Virus record (IMG/VR): IMGVR_UViG_3300034022_000350
Location: 3,072-67,071 of that record
Length of the DNA stretch: 64,000 nt
From: a virus
Reading direction: 5' to 3' (one strand)
In this document: piece by piece, positions 54,788 to 64,000 of the stretch
Position numbering within the stretch: position 1 is the stretch's first letter
Layout of the letters: each line of letters opens with the position of its first letter
Position numbers and translations under genes: made by a program
The notes under the pieces: generated by a model
The model's input: the letters and a program-made list of their open reading frames with translations, nothing else
Database searches by the model: none
What the model was told of the DNA's origin: nothing

Positions 54788-57700
54788 ATGCCTATATACA
54801 ATTATAACGGAGTTGATTTTACAGAAGAGGAAGTATTATCTAAAGCTGAAGAAAAAGGACTTGATATTGATACATATATTAATAAATTCGGTATTAAAAG
54901 AATAGAGGATGAACCTACTATTGAACCGCCGGGAAAGCCGAAGCCTGCTGTAAAAAAGGGTGCCGTAACAGCAGGGAAACCAAAAAGTACGGCATCCAAA
55001 TCGGTAAAACCTTCATCGGTATCTCAAGATAATATTTTTGGTGAGGATAAAATAAAAAGTTCTTTTCTAGGTAAGTTACAAGAATCAGTTGATCCAGAAA
55101 CAAAGACCGTTAAACCTGCAAGTGTAAAACCAGTAAAGCCAACTACTAAGCTTATTTCTGAATATCAAGCAGAAGAGGCGAAGAAGGAAGAAGGTGGCTT
55201 TATGAATTATATAAAAGAAAGCTTGGATTTTACAGTGTCTAAAGCCGTGCAATCTATTTATAAAGCGCCTGAATACGCATACGATTTTATAGCTTCTAAT
55301 TTTACTGATCCATTAGCTAATACACTAAGAGAGGCCGCTGGGTTTGAACCAGTGTATAGTTCTTCTGATCAGATAATGGAAACGTTTGGTATAAAAAATA
55401 TACCAGCCGATATATTGCAAGAAAGAATAAAAGAATCTAATAAAGTATTTAAAGATTATAGTGATAAAAATGGAGTTGACCCATTAACAGCTATTGAGAA
55501 TGGTAATTACTTAGGCGCTGCAAAACTAGTCGCCGGAGGTACGGTTCAATCTTTTGCTCCAATGGCTGCGGCTATGCTAAGCGGTGGTAGTTCTGCAGTA
55601 TTAGCAGGTATCGGGGCTTCTGCTGCAGTTTCAAAATCAGAAGAATTAAAAGCTGAAAATCCAGAAATGGACACTCGAACTAGAGTGAATAATGCTGCTG
55701 TATCCGGATTGCTTGAACGTTATGTTGGTCAATTTTTTACAGGAATTTCTGGTTCTGTTGCTAAAAGAATAATAGCTGATAAAGGGGCCGAAGCGGGTTC
55801 TAAAATATTAGCCAACGGGTGGAAAAGCATGGTAGAAAATGCTATTGAAAAAAATCCGTTAATAGGAGCTGTTGGAGAGGTAGTTGAAGAAGGTGGTGTT
55901 GAATTGGCTAATCAATTAAACGATATGAATTCTGGTATTAGAAAAGAACTGGATTATCGAGCGATTGCAAATGCGGGTATTATAGCTACTGGTATGGCGG
56001 GTACAAATACCGTGCCTGTATATGCGGCTAAAGGCTATATGAAAGCTGCTGAGTATAATAAAGTTAAGTCAGTAAATAAAGAAATAAATAATCTTACAAC
56101 GCAATTATCAAATCCTTTCGTTAGTGATTCTGATAAAAAGATAATCTCATCACGAGTTACTAGACTTGTGGATGAGAATAAAGCTATTGTAGGCGCTAAC
56201 TTAGAAAAGATTAATGCGTTACCAGATAGTATAAAAGAAGAAATCTCTGTATTAAATACTGGATTAGATAATATAAAAAGCAAATATTTAGACTTGCAAG
56301 ATAATCCTGAACTTCCAATAGATGTACAGGAATCAATGACTAAAGAACTAGCAATACAAGCTAAAGATTTACAGAAAAGAAAATCTAGTATAATTGAAGG
56401 CAATTATATTTACGAGGACTTTAAAAAGTTGCCAGAAGCAGAACAAACTAGAATTAAAGATAAAGCAACGGAAATGTTGATTGCTGATTCTGATTTGATT
56501 GGGGAGGGTAAAACTAGCTTTAATGAAGAAGAAATAAATAGAAGCGCTATAGATATTTACAATGCAGAATTACGTACCAAAGTAATTACAACGGACATTG
56601 AAAGAACTCAGCAAGCAATAAAAAATATAGGCCTTGGAGAAGATCTTGATATGCCTGAATTAAACACGGCAAACGATGTTATAAAATACCTAACAGAAAA
56701 TACAACTCTTGATACGGATACAATTGATAATATTGCCGATGACTATGGCTCATTTATACCATTAGCGAATGGTAAAGAAGCATTGTTAATAAACAAAGAA
56801 GCTGCTGAAATGGATCAAGTTGTTACAACTGGACAACATGAATTCTTGCATAAACTTATATATAAAGCTGTTTTAAACGATCCTAAGCTGCAAAAACAGA
56901 TGGGAACGCAGTTATATAATCATATTGAAAATTATGTTGGTACGGAAGCTTTAAATGACACTAAATTTAAAGGTAGATACGATACATATAAAGCTGACTT
57001 TGAAGAAACAAAAAGCGGATATGAAGCTACAATAGCTAAAGCTAAAGCGTTTTTAGATAAAGAGCAAATAACACAAGAGCAATATGATAAGACAGTTGCT
57101 GATGCTGATAGTAGAATTGTTAAAGCAGAAGGTAAGTATTTAGAAGAGGTATTACCTTTGTTATCGGAATCTTTATCAAGCGGAGATATAAAGTACAACG
57201 AAACATTCTTTACAAAAATAGGCGATATAATACGTAGAGTATTTCAAAAATACGGATTAAGTAAAGTAAGATTTGATACTGGCAAAGATGTATTTAATTT
57301 TGTTAGAGACTATAACAAAAGTTTTGAGAAGGGACAATTTAACAAAGCTTTTAAAGCACTGGCAAAAGAGGGTTCTTATAAAGGATCCATAGCTAAAGGC
57401 AATAAAGCCGTAAGAGCAATACCTACATCAGCAGATATAAAATCATCAAAAGTACAAGTTGAAAGTCTAACTAAAGAATTGCAAGACCTTGAAGACGAAT
57501 ACGATGAAGGTTATGGAGATATGGAAGAGGCTGAATATACTTCTAAAAAATCCAACATTGAACGCAAGATAAAAGCAGCGGAGAAGTTAATTGAAAAAGC
57601 TCCGGTTAAAGAAGAGGTTGTTAAAAAAGAAAAGACAAAAGAAGAGCAGGAAGATGCCGAGGAAAATGCACTTAAAAAAATAGTAAGAGAAGAAAAACAA

Positions 57701-60700
57701 TCTATATCTTCTGACAAAGTGCAAAAGATCTACGATGAGAAAGGTAGAAATGGCGCTGACCAAATTATAAAATTGTTTAGACCAATAACAAAACGCATTG
57801 TAGACAAACGTAGAGATGCCCCGGACTTTGATAATTTTAGAGAAATATTAACAGATGAAATTGAGACAGGAGTAGGCGGTATTTTAGATTTAATAACTAA
57901 ATACAAACCTGAATCAGGGGTTCCATTAGCTGCTTATATTAATAAATATCTGCCTGTTAGAGCAATTGCAGCATCTAGAAGAGTATTAGGTAAAGAATTC
58001 AGCAAGGATGCTTCAGAAGAGACTGGCCTAATGGCTACAGAGACTGCAGATCAAAATATGACTGAAAGAGTTGTTGAAAAACCAAAGTATAAGAATGCAT
58101 TGGAATCAAAGGTTTTTGAACCAGAAACTTTAGAATCAATAAATAGCAAGATACTTACTGTTATTAGAACTCTGAAGTCCCGTATTGATGCTCCTATAAC
58201 ATTAAACCGAACTGTAACGCCATTAATAACAGAGATTAGAGATGAGATTGGTAAGCAAGTCGACATTGATGTTAAATCAGCAATGGGTACTAAAAAAGAC
58301 AATCAACTAAGGAACTGGTTATTAAAGAATAAAAAATATGTTCTTGAGAATATGACTACCACCTGGCTTATGGGTAAAGATGGGCAAGGAGGCATGCCAA
58401 TTGCTATTCAAAAAAGAGTAGATGGTAAATGGACAAATTTTCCAGAATGGGTTGGCAAAAAGATTGACAGAGAGTCTATGGGCACAGATAATGCCGGTAG
58501 AACATCAGGTCGTGAATTGGCAAGAAGGTTGCCAAATGTTGCAAACAATATATCGGACACGGATTTTCTTGACCAAATTATTGGTCCTGATGGTAATCCA
58601 ATTAGAGGTAGGAAAGAATCTTTAGCAAAAGTTGTTGCTGAAGAAGCATCTTTTGATATTATATTAGATGATCTTGCAAATGAAGGACCTATATTTGACG
58701 CTTTAAAAACAAATCAAGAAAGACAAGGTGTTGAAGTATTTGAAACTCTTGCTGCAGAAATGGCTAGACAAGCTGAACGTGGTAATGTTAAACAATCTAA
58801 GAAGGTTGCTAAAGAAGTATTAACTGTATTAAGTAAAAACGAATGGGATTTAAACAACGAAGACTATAAGAATTTTGTATCTAGTTTGTCTAAAGAAGAT
58901 TCTGACTATGTTACCAATGTACTACAAGAAAAATCAATAAAGCAATTAAGAAAGTACCTAAAGGTAATTGATATAGAAAATAAAGAATTTGATTTTAAGA
59001 ATAAAATAATATCTGCTTTAGAAGATCCTGTTGAAAAGGTACTTAGTAAAATAAACAGATTTAAGTTAATTAGCCAAGTAGCATCGACATCAACATCTAA
59101 GTTAACTGATTTAAAGATAGAGTATAAAAAGAATACGTATAACTTTGAATTAAAAGTAGATAAAGATTCTAGACTTAAAGGTGTAGTTATAAATAATGTA
59201 ACTACAAATCCAACAATAAACAAAAACACAGGTATAAATGATGTAATAGCTGACGCATTAAAGAATGATACTAATGTTAAAGCGTATACAGATTATTTAT
59301 TAGCTAACGGGGGCGAAATAGTTGCTAATGGCAGTATAAAAGTACCAATAAGCGTATTTAAAGATCCTAAAGCAAGAGATTTACAAGACAAAGCTAAAGT
59401 TAGAATACGAGCAAATGCAGATTTAGTAAAAAATATAAACGGAGGTGTTAATGATGCTATTACATTTGGCGGAATTGGAACATTCTCTTATGGTGACACT
59501 AAGTTTGAAGGTGTATTACCTGATTTAGAAGGAGACGTAGACTTTGAGGTAACCACTCAAAGGGGCTCTATGGACAAAGATAAAAATGTTAGTGTGTATT
59601 TTATTGGCTTTCCAAAAATGGCTCAAAATTGGGATCAGAAATCGCCTATAGATATACATGATAAGCCAAAGAAACTATTAACAATAATTAGAAAAGCTTC
59701 TTTATTAAAACGTAATAGAATATCTGCAAAAGCAGTTAAAACGGTATTGAATGCTGCCAGACCATCTTACGCTGCAAAGCCTAAAAAAATAAGTGTAATA
59801 GACATTGACGAAAGACTTGCCAAAATAAAAAAGAAAATTTCATATAAAGATAAAGAAGGCAAGGTTAAAAAATTAACTGTACCGGAATTCCTTAAACAAC
59901 AAATGCAACTTGAACTTGACGGTATTATATTTGATTATACAGACGTAAAGGATGAGGTTGGGAAAAACAAAGACATACTAGATGGTTTTGACAATACAGA
60001 TCCAGACAGCAGCTTTGGTGTAACAACAGAGTCAACGGATTCGAGCGGTGCTATACAAGTATTATTACAAAACGTAGGAGTTAACATACCTGCAAACAAT
60101 ATAAACACATTAGACGATAGCACAGATCAGGCGAAAGCTGATTGGGTTACAGGTAAGTTCTCGGAAGGGTTCAATGATTTTAATATTGCCGGCGATAAGT
60201 TTAAAAACTCAATAGGTGTAAAAACAATATTAGAAGACTTTGATGTAAAAGGAGAAAAGCAACAGAAAAAGCTTGCATTCTTTAATTCATTAGACGGACA
60301 ATTTAATAAGATAATATCACAGAATACAGGGATAGGCCCTATGATTACTTACTCAGATATTGTTGCTAAAAGAAGAGGTGCGCGTAAGGGTATATTTGAC
60401 GTTTATGTTCCACCTTCTGCTGCTGACTTTGAGTTGCTTTTGTATAAGTTTCTAGGTAAAGGTGCAAAAGGTGAAGAACAGTATAAGTTTTTTAGAGATG
60501 CTTTGCTTGATCCATATTCAAACGGTACGGATTTATTAGATGCTGCTAGACAATCGATCAAAAACGATTACAAGAAATTACTAAAGGAATATCCATTTGT
60601 TAAAGGACAATTAGAAAAGCTAATACCAAATAGTGAATTCACATATGACCAAGCAATACGTGTTGCAATATGGGATGCTAATGGCGTAGAGATTCCTGGA

Positions 60701-62479
60701 TTAACTAAGAAAGACCAAAGAATGTTAAGCAACTTTGTTAATAATGATCCAGATTTAACCCAGTTTAAGAATGGATTACTTATAACCGGTAAGCAGGGTA
60801 AAGATTGGATTAAGCCGGAAGCTAATTGGGACGCTAGTACAATTATTTCTGATCTTCACGGTCTTACAGAAGGTAATGGTAGAAAGAAGTTCTTGGAAGA
60901 ATTCATTGCTAATGCAGAGCAAATCTTTGGTAAGTGGGATCAAGGTAGATTGGTTGGCCCTAACATGAATAAGGTAGAAGCAATATATGGTACCGCTACT
61001 AGAGAAGCTATTGAGGACGTTGTATATAGAATGACTACTGGGAAAAATAGAAGTCAAGGAAAAGACAAAGGCACTAATGCTTGGAGTAATTGGGTAAATA
61101 ATTCCACTGGTACAATTATGTTTCTTAACACTAGATCGGCATCATTGCAGTTAATAGGCGCAGTTAACTTTTTAAACTTAAGAGATAATAATCCTATTGC
61201 GGCAGGGAAAGCTTTTCTTAATCCAAAACAATATTGGGAAGATTTTGCAACTATATGGAATTCAGATAAAATGAAGGAAAGAAGGGGCGGCCTTAAAGAA
61301 GACGTAGCTTCATCTGAAATAGCCAATGCAGCCGCTGGCAGCAAAAACAAAGCCTCTGCGGTTATATCCTATCTTCTAAAGATTGGATATACGCCAACAC
61401 AATTAGCGGATAGTTTTGCTATTGCTTCTGGAGGCGCACCATTTTATAGAAATAGAATTAATTCATATTTAAAAGAAGGATTAACACAGGAGGAAGCTGA
61501 AGATAAAGCCTGGACAGATTTTACAAAAGTATCAGACGAGACACAGCAGTCGGGTGATCCAAGAGATATATCACAACAGCAAGCAAGCCCAGCGGGTAGA
61601 TTATTATTGACATTTCAGAATACAGCAATGCAGCAGTCACGCATTGTTAAGAAATCATTTTTGGATCTTAAGAACGGTAGAGGAGATGCTAAAACGCATG
61701 TTGCAAAAATAACTTACTATTTAGCTATTCAAAATATAATGTTTTCTGCATTACAACAAGGATTATTCGCCGTAATTTTTAATGATGATGATGATGAAGA
61801 AAAAGACAAAAAAATTATAGATGTTGCAGAAGGCGTATTAGATTCTATACTAAGAGGAACTGGATATTACGGGGCTATAGTGGCTACTCTCAAAAATATG
61901 GCCGTAAAATATTTAAACGAAAAAGATAAAAATTACAAAGCTGATTATGCTAAAGTTGTTTTAGAAGGGGTTAATATATCTCCTCCTATAGGGTCGAAAG
62001 TACGCAAAGTTTATTCTGCATTACAGCAAACAAAGTTTGAAAAAGATCTTATAGAGAAGCGTGGATGGGATGTTATGCAAGACGGGAGAATCCATTTAGG
62101 CCCAATGTATTCTGTTTCTGGTAAGCTTATTGAAGCCGGAATAGGTGCGCCGACTGACCGTTTAGTCAATAAAATAGAAAATGTTTCACAAGCGATGAAT
62201 TCGCACCATAGTGCTCTGCAAAGATTGGCCCTTTTGTTTGGCTGGAATTCAATTAGCCTTGGCATAGAAGAAACTCCAGGTGATCTTAAAATAAGGGAAG
62301 AAGCTAAAGCATTTAGAAAAGAAGCCGGTAAAATAAAAGGTAAAGAAACAAGACAGAGAACAAAGGACTCCATTAAAGCTTTGCCTCTTAATGAAAGAAT
62401 AGCTTTAAAAAGAGCAAAACGTGAAAAGCGTAGAGAAGAAAAAAGAAAAGAAAGAAGTAAAAAAAGAAAGATGGGATAA
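54788..62479 (+). CDS. Giant polyvalent internal virion protein (zincin HExxH, sigma-2-like, possible PD-(D/E)xK, degenerate HAD-like)
   Basis: 2563 aa; HEFLH at 56837; sigma-like segment at about 57750-57990; last gene of the ejection cluster. Confidence 0.75.
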   Translation: MPIYNYNGVDFTEEEVLSKAEEKGLDIDTYINKFGIKRIEDEPTIEPPGKPKPAVKKGAVTAGKPKSTASKSVKPSSVSQDNIFGEDKIKSSFLGKLQESVDPETKTVKPASVKPVKPTTKLISEYQAEEAKKEEGGFMNYIKESLDFTVSKAVQSIYKAPEYAYDFIASNFTDPLANTLREAAGFEPVYSSSDQIMETFGIKNIPADILQERIKESNKVFKDYSDKNGVDPLTAIENGNYLGAAKLVAGGTVQSFAPMAAAMLSGGSSAVLAGIGASAAVSKSEELKAENPEMDTRTRVNNAAVSGLLERYVGQFFTGISGSVAKRIIADKGAEAGSKILANGWKSMVENAIEKNPLIGAVGEVVEEGGVELANQLNDMNSGIRKELDYRAIANAGIIATGMAGTNTVPVYAAKGYMKAAEYNKVKSVNKEINNLTTQLSNPFVSDSDKKIISSRVTRLVDENKAIVGANLEKINALPDSIKEEISVLNTGLDNIKSKYLDLQDNPELPIDVQESMTKELAIQAKDLQKRKSSIIEGNYIYEDFKKLPEAEQTRIKDKATEMLIADSDLIGEGKTSFNEEEINRSAIDIYNAELRTKVITTDIERTQQAIKNIGLGEDLDMPELNTANDVIKYLTENTTLDTDTIDNIADDYGSFIPLANGKEALLINKEAAEMDQVVTTGQHEFLHKLIYKAVLNDPKLQKQMGTQLYNHIENYVGTEALNDTKFKGRYDTYKADFEETKSGYEATIAKAKAFLDKEQITQEQYDKTVADADSRIVKAEGKYLEEVLPLLSESLSSGDIKYNETFFTKIGDIIRRVFQKYGLSKVRFDTGKDVFNFVRDYNKSFEKGQFNKAFKALAKEGSYKGSIAKGNKAVRAIPTSADIKSSKVQVESLTKELQDLEDEYDEGYGDMEEAEYTSKKSNIERKIKAAEKLIEKAPVKEEVVKKEKTKEEQEDAEENALKKIVREEKQSISSDKVQKIYDEKGRNGADQIIKLFRPITKRIVDKRRDAPDFDNFREILTDEIETGVGGILDLITKYKPESGVPLAAYINKYLPVRAIAASRRVLGKEFSKDASEETGLMATETADQNMTERVVEKPKYKNALESKVFEPETLESINSKILTVIRTLKSRIDAPITLNRTVTPLITEIRDEIGKQVDIDVKSAMGTKKDNQLRNWLLKNKKYVLENMTTTWLMGKDGQGGMPIAIQKRVDGKWTNFPEWVGKKIDRESMGTDNAGRTSGRELARRLPNVANNISDTDFLDQIIGPDGNPIRGRKESLAKVVAEEASFDIILDDLANEGPIFDALKTNQERQGVEVFETLAAEMARQAERGNVKQSKKVAKEVLTVLSKNEWDLNNEDYKNFVSSLSKEDSDYVTNVLQEKSIKQLRKYLKVIDIENKEFDFKNKIISALEDPVEKVLSKINRFKLISQVASTSTSKLTDLKIEYKKNTYNFELKVDKDSRLKGVVINNVTTNPTINKNTGINDVIADALKNDTNVKAYTDYLLANGGEIVANGSIKVPISVFKDPKARDLQDKAKVRIRANADLVKNINGGVNDAITFGGIGTFSYGDTKFEGVLPDLEGDVDFEVTTQRGSMDKDKNVSVYFIGFPKMAQNWDQKSPIDIHDKPKKLLTIIRKASLLKRNRISAKAVKTVLNAARPSYAAKPKKISVIDIDERLAKIKKKISYKDKEGKVKKLTVPEFLKQQMQLELDGIIFDYTDVKDEVGKNKDILDGFDNTDPDSSFGVTTESTDSSGAIQVLLQNVGVNIPANNINTLDDSTDQAKADWVTGKFSEGFNDFNIAGDKFKNSIGVKTILEDFDVKGEKQQKKLAFFNSLDGQFNKIISQNTGIGPMITYSDIVAKRRGARKGIFDVYVPPSAADFELLLYKFLGKGAKGEEQYKFFRDALLDPYSNGTDLLDAARQSIKNDYKKLLKEYPFVKGQLEKLIPNSEFTYDQAIRVAIWDANGVEIPGLTKKDQRMLSNFVNNDPDLTQFKNGLLITGKQGKDWIKPEANWDASTIISDLHGLTEGNGRKKFLEEFIANAEQIFGKWDQGRLVGPNMNKVEAIYGTATREAIEDVVYRMTTGKNRSQGKDKGTNAWSNWVNNSTGTIMFLNTRSASLQLIGAVNFLNLRDNNPIAAGKAFLNPKQYWEDFATIWNSDKMKERRGGLKEDVASSEIANAAAGSKNKASAVISYLLKIGYTPTQLADSFAIASGGAPFYRNRINSYLKEGLTQEEAEDKAWTDFTKVSDETQQSGDPRDISQQQASPAGRLLLTFQNTAMQQSRIVKKSFLDLKNGRGDAKTHVAKITYYLAIQNIMFSALQQGLFAVIFNDDDDEEKDKKIIDVAEGVLDSILRGTGYYGAIVATLKNMAVKYLNEKDKNYKADYAKVVLEGVNISPPIGSKVRKVYSALQQTKFEKDLIEKRGWDVMQDGRIHLGPMYSVSGKLIEAGIGAPTDRLVNKIENVSQAMNSHHSALQRLALLFGWNSISLGIEETPGDLKIREEAKAFRKEAGKIKGKETRQRTKDSIKALPLNERIALKRAKREKRREEKRKERSKKRKMG

Positions 62480-62510
62480 TTAAACTAGGCGCCATACCTA
62501 AAATTCCATA

Positions 62511-62550
62511 AATAAAAAAGGGACACTTTATCGGTGCCCCTTTTTTTATT
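62511..62550. terminator. Bidirectional intrinsic terminator
   Basis: AAAAAAGGGACAC-TTTATCG-GTGCCCCTTTTTTT between convergent operons. Confidence 0.85.
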
Positions 62551-62552
62551 TG

Positions 62553-62747
62553 CTACTTAGCTAATTCTTCTTTTGCTTTTTCAGTCATGAGTTTAATAGC
62601 ATCGTCATAACCTGGCATTAACTTAAGTGTTTCTAATGTACCAGCTGCTAAAGTTGTTAAGTGTTGTTGCTCGCCCATTACGTGTTGCAGAACTCTTGTT
62701 AAAGATTCTACTTTGTTTTTCATTTCAACTAATGTTTGTTCTTTCAT
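62553..62747 (-). CDS. Hypothetical protein
   Basis: Last gene of the minus-strand operon. Confidence 0.65.
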   Translation of the reverse strand: MKEQTLVEMKNKVESLTRVLQHVMGEQQHLTTLAAGTLETLKLMPGYDDAIKLMTEKAKEELAK

Positions 62748-63307
62748 TTTTTTACTTTATAAAACATTACAAATACCACTCTACTTTCCTTGAATTCATT
62801 TGGATACTTACTATGAAAGTAATTACACGGATATGATATTAATCTATTCTTTTTGTGGCCTATTATAGATTTTAAATCCCATAAATCAAGGTCATTAGCG
62901 TCTTCGTTTAACAATCTATTTTGCGCTTCAACACTTATTTTTTTAAGTCTATCTCCATATTTTTTATGCTCCCAAAAAGCAGTGCCATTTAATCCTTCTT
63001 GGTTACAGTCAGAAATAAACAACACGCATGCTCTGTCTGGCAGTTGACCTTCTATTATAGAATCATTATGTATACGCCAATCTCTATCTTGTCCTTCCTT
63101 AGCTTGTCTAAGAAAATATAATATAGGTTCTATACTATTACCTTCTAGATCCTCTATTTCAAATTTTATAACTTGAGCTATCGGATCAGGTATCTTTTTA
63201 ACCCAGAAGGATTTTCCAGGAGTTATTACTTCCTGGAATTCATCCTTATTGGTATTTAATAATTCAATTAAATTATTATCTAAAAAATCATCTTTTATAT
63301 AGATCAT
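62744..63307 (-). CDS. 2OG-Fe(II) oxygenase superfamily protein
   Basis: IHND (HxD), GTAFW, NRLISYP..YFHS and distal R. Confidence 0.8.
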   Translation of the reverse strand: MIYIKDDFLDNNLIELLNTNKDEFQEVITPGKSFWVKKIPDPIAQVIKFEIEDLEGNSIEPILYFLRQAKEGQDRDWRIHNDSIIEGQLPDRACVLFISDCNQEGLNGTAFWEHKKYGDRLKKISVEAQNRLLNEDANDLDLWDLKSIIGHKKNRLISYPCNYFHSKYPNEFKESRVVFVMFYKVKK

Positions 63308-64000
63308 ACTATTTCACAATTACCACCACCGCAAGCAGCCGAATCTGCAAAGTTAGTATTATCTTGAACTTCAATTACTTTAGATAGATCAACATTTTTT
63401 AATGTAGACATCATTTCTTCATAAACTTCTTTAGTACAGTCCTCAAACGGGGTTTGTTTGTATGTACCCCCGTGGTAAGGTAAGACAGACAATCCATTAT
63501 AGTACTCCTTATTCGCCCACATCCATTCACCAATGTTTTTCCATTCGTCGTCTCTGACAGAAACTGTGCAAGAAACATTATGAGTATTATTGCCTTTAGT
63601 ATGTCCATTTTTTACCCAGTCTTTTGATATTAGTTTAACTCTTTCAAGAAGATCTAATGTAGACTCATGTCTTGTTATAGCGCCATTAGGAGCCTTCTGA
63701 GGGACTGAAATAACGGCTTGCAATGTTGGATTAAAATATTCATCTTCGATCAGTTCTGGATGATGTATTGCTAAATAAGAATATATTGCTTCATTCTTAC
63801 CTAAGCGCATACGGCGAACATAATAATCATTATGCCAAGCATGTATACCGCTAGAAGTACCAAGGACCAAACTAGTTGTTCCGGCTGGCTTGACTGCAGT
63901 AGTTCTTGCTGCTTTATTGATTCCCAACGCCGCTGAGATAACATTGTTTGTGTCTTTAACCACTTGTGAAGCTTCTTCATAATTCAATTTTAAATTAGAC
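63304..64000 (-). CDS. nrdJ: Class II (B12-dependent) ribonucleotide reductase, C-terminal part (truncated by window)
   Basis: TTAVKPAGTTSLVLGTSSGIH, HNVSCTVS, and C-terminal CGGGNC. Confidence 0.88.
   Translation of the reverse strand, partial: SNLKLNYEEASQVVKDTNNVISAALGINKAARTTAVKPAGTTSLVLGTSSGIHAWHNDYYVRRMRLGKNEAIYSYLAIHHPELIEDEYFNPTLQAVISVPQKAPNGAITRHESTLDLLERVKLISKDWVKNGHTKGNNTHNVSCTVSVRDDEWKNIGEWMWANKEYYNGLSVLPYHGGTYKQTPFEDCTKEVYEEMMSTLKNVDLSKVIEVQDNTNFADSAACGGGNCEIV

Noticed and set aside
54788-62479. crAss-like virion RNA polymerase
   Set aside because: No DxDxD catalytic loop in an RNAP-like context was seen, though a very divergent enzyme cannot be excluded without structure prediction.
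125-63608. Short antisense or alternate-frame ORFs in the track (e.g. 934..1134, 30008..30544, 33642..34100, 56035..56403)
   Set aside because: They are shadows of well-supported genes and lack recognisable motifs.
1-64000. Stop-codon reassignment, introns/inteins, or a diversity-generating retroelement
   Set aside because: Core genes are intact and of normal length in the standard code, and no reverse transcriptase or TR/VR pair was seen.

Overview
The window is part of an AT-rich, standard-code, lytic-looking podovirus-type phage genome. The host is almost certainly Bacteroidota (Flavobacterium-like), since it carries a gene with a T9SS C-terminal sorting domain. The left arm (1-18 kb, minus strand) holds nucleotide-metabolism and replication genes: MazG-like proteins, a ThyA homologue with a dCMP-type Asn-to-Asp change, primase-helicase, SSB, exonuclease, ERF and a sigma70-like factor. 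It also holds many small early genes. A divergent non-coding junction lies at about 18.05-18.58 kb. The right arm (18.6-62.5 kb, plus strand) runs through an ADP-ribosyltransferase, small basic virion proteins, tail fibres, a T9SS cargo protein, lysis genes, GroEL/GroES, terminase, portal, capsid, tail, ejection proteins and a 2563-aa polyvalent protein. A 2OG-Fe(II) oxygenase and a partial class II RNR end the window on the minus strand. The most notable candidate system pairs ten copies of a 33-bp non-host-like promoter motif in the early region with a sigma70 region-2-like domain inside the giant virion protein, suggesting an injected sigma factor, possibly aided by an injected ART. Other unexplained signals are 15 copies of GTATAGCA clustered in the early region, four 13-bp-arm inverted-repeat sites tied to an HTH protein, a tRNA mimic without an anticodon loop within a structured RNA behind a KTSC gene, and a shared SPLKQ/MAFK peptide tag. 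All calls come from reading motifs by eye; no searches were run.
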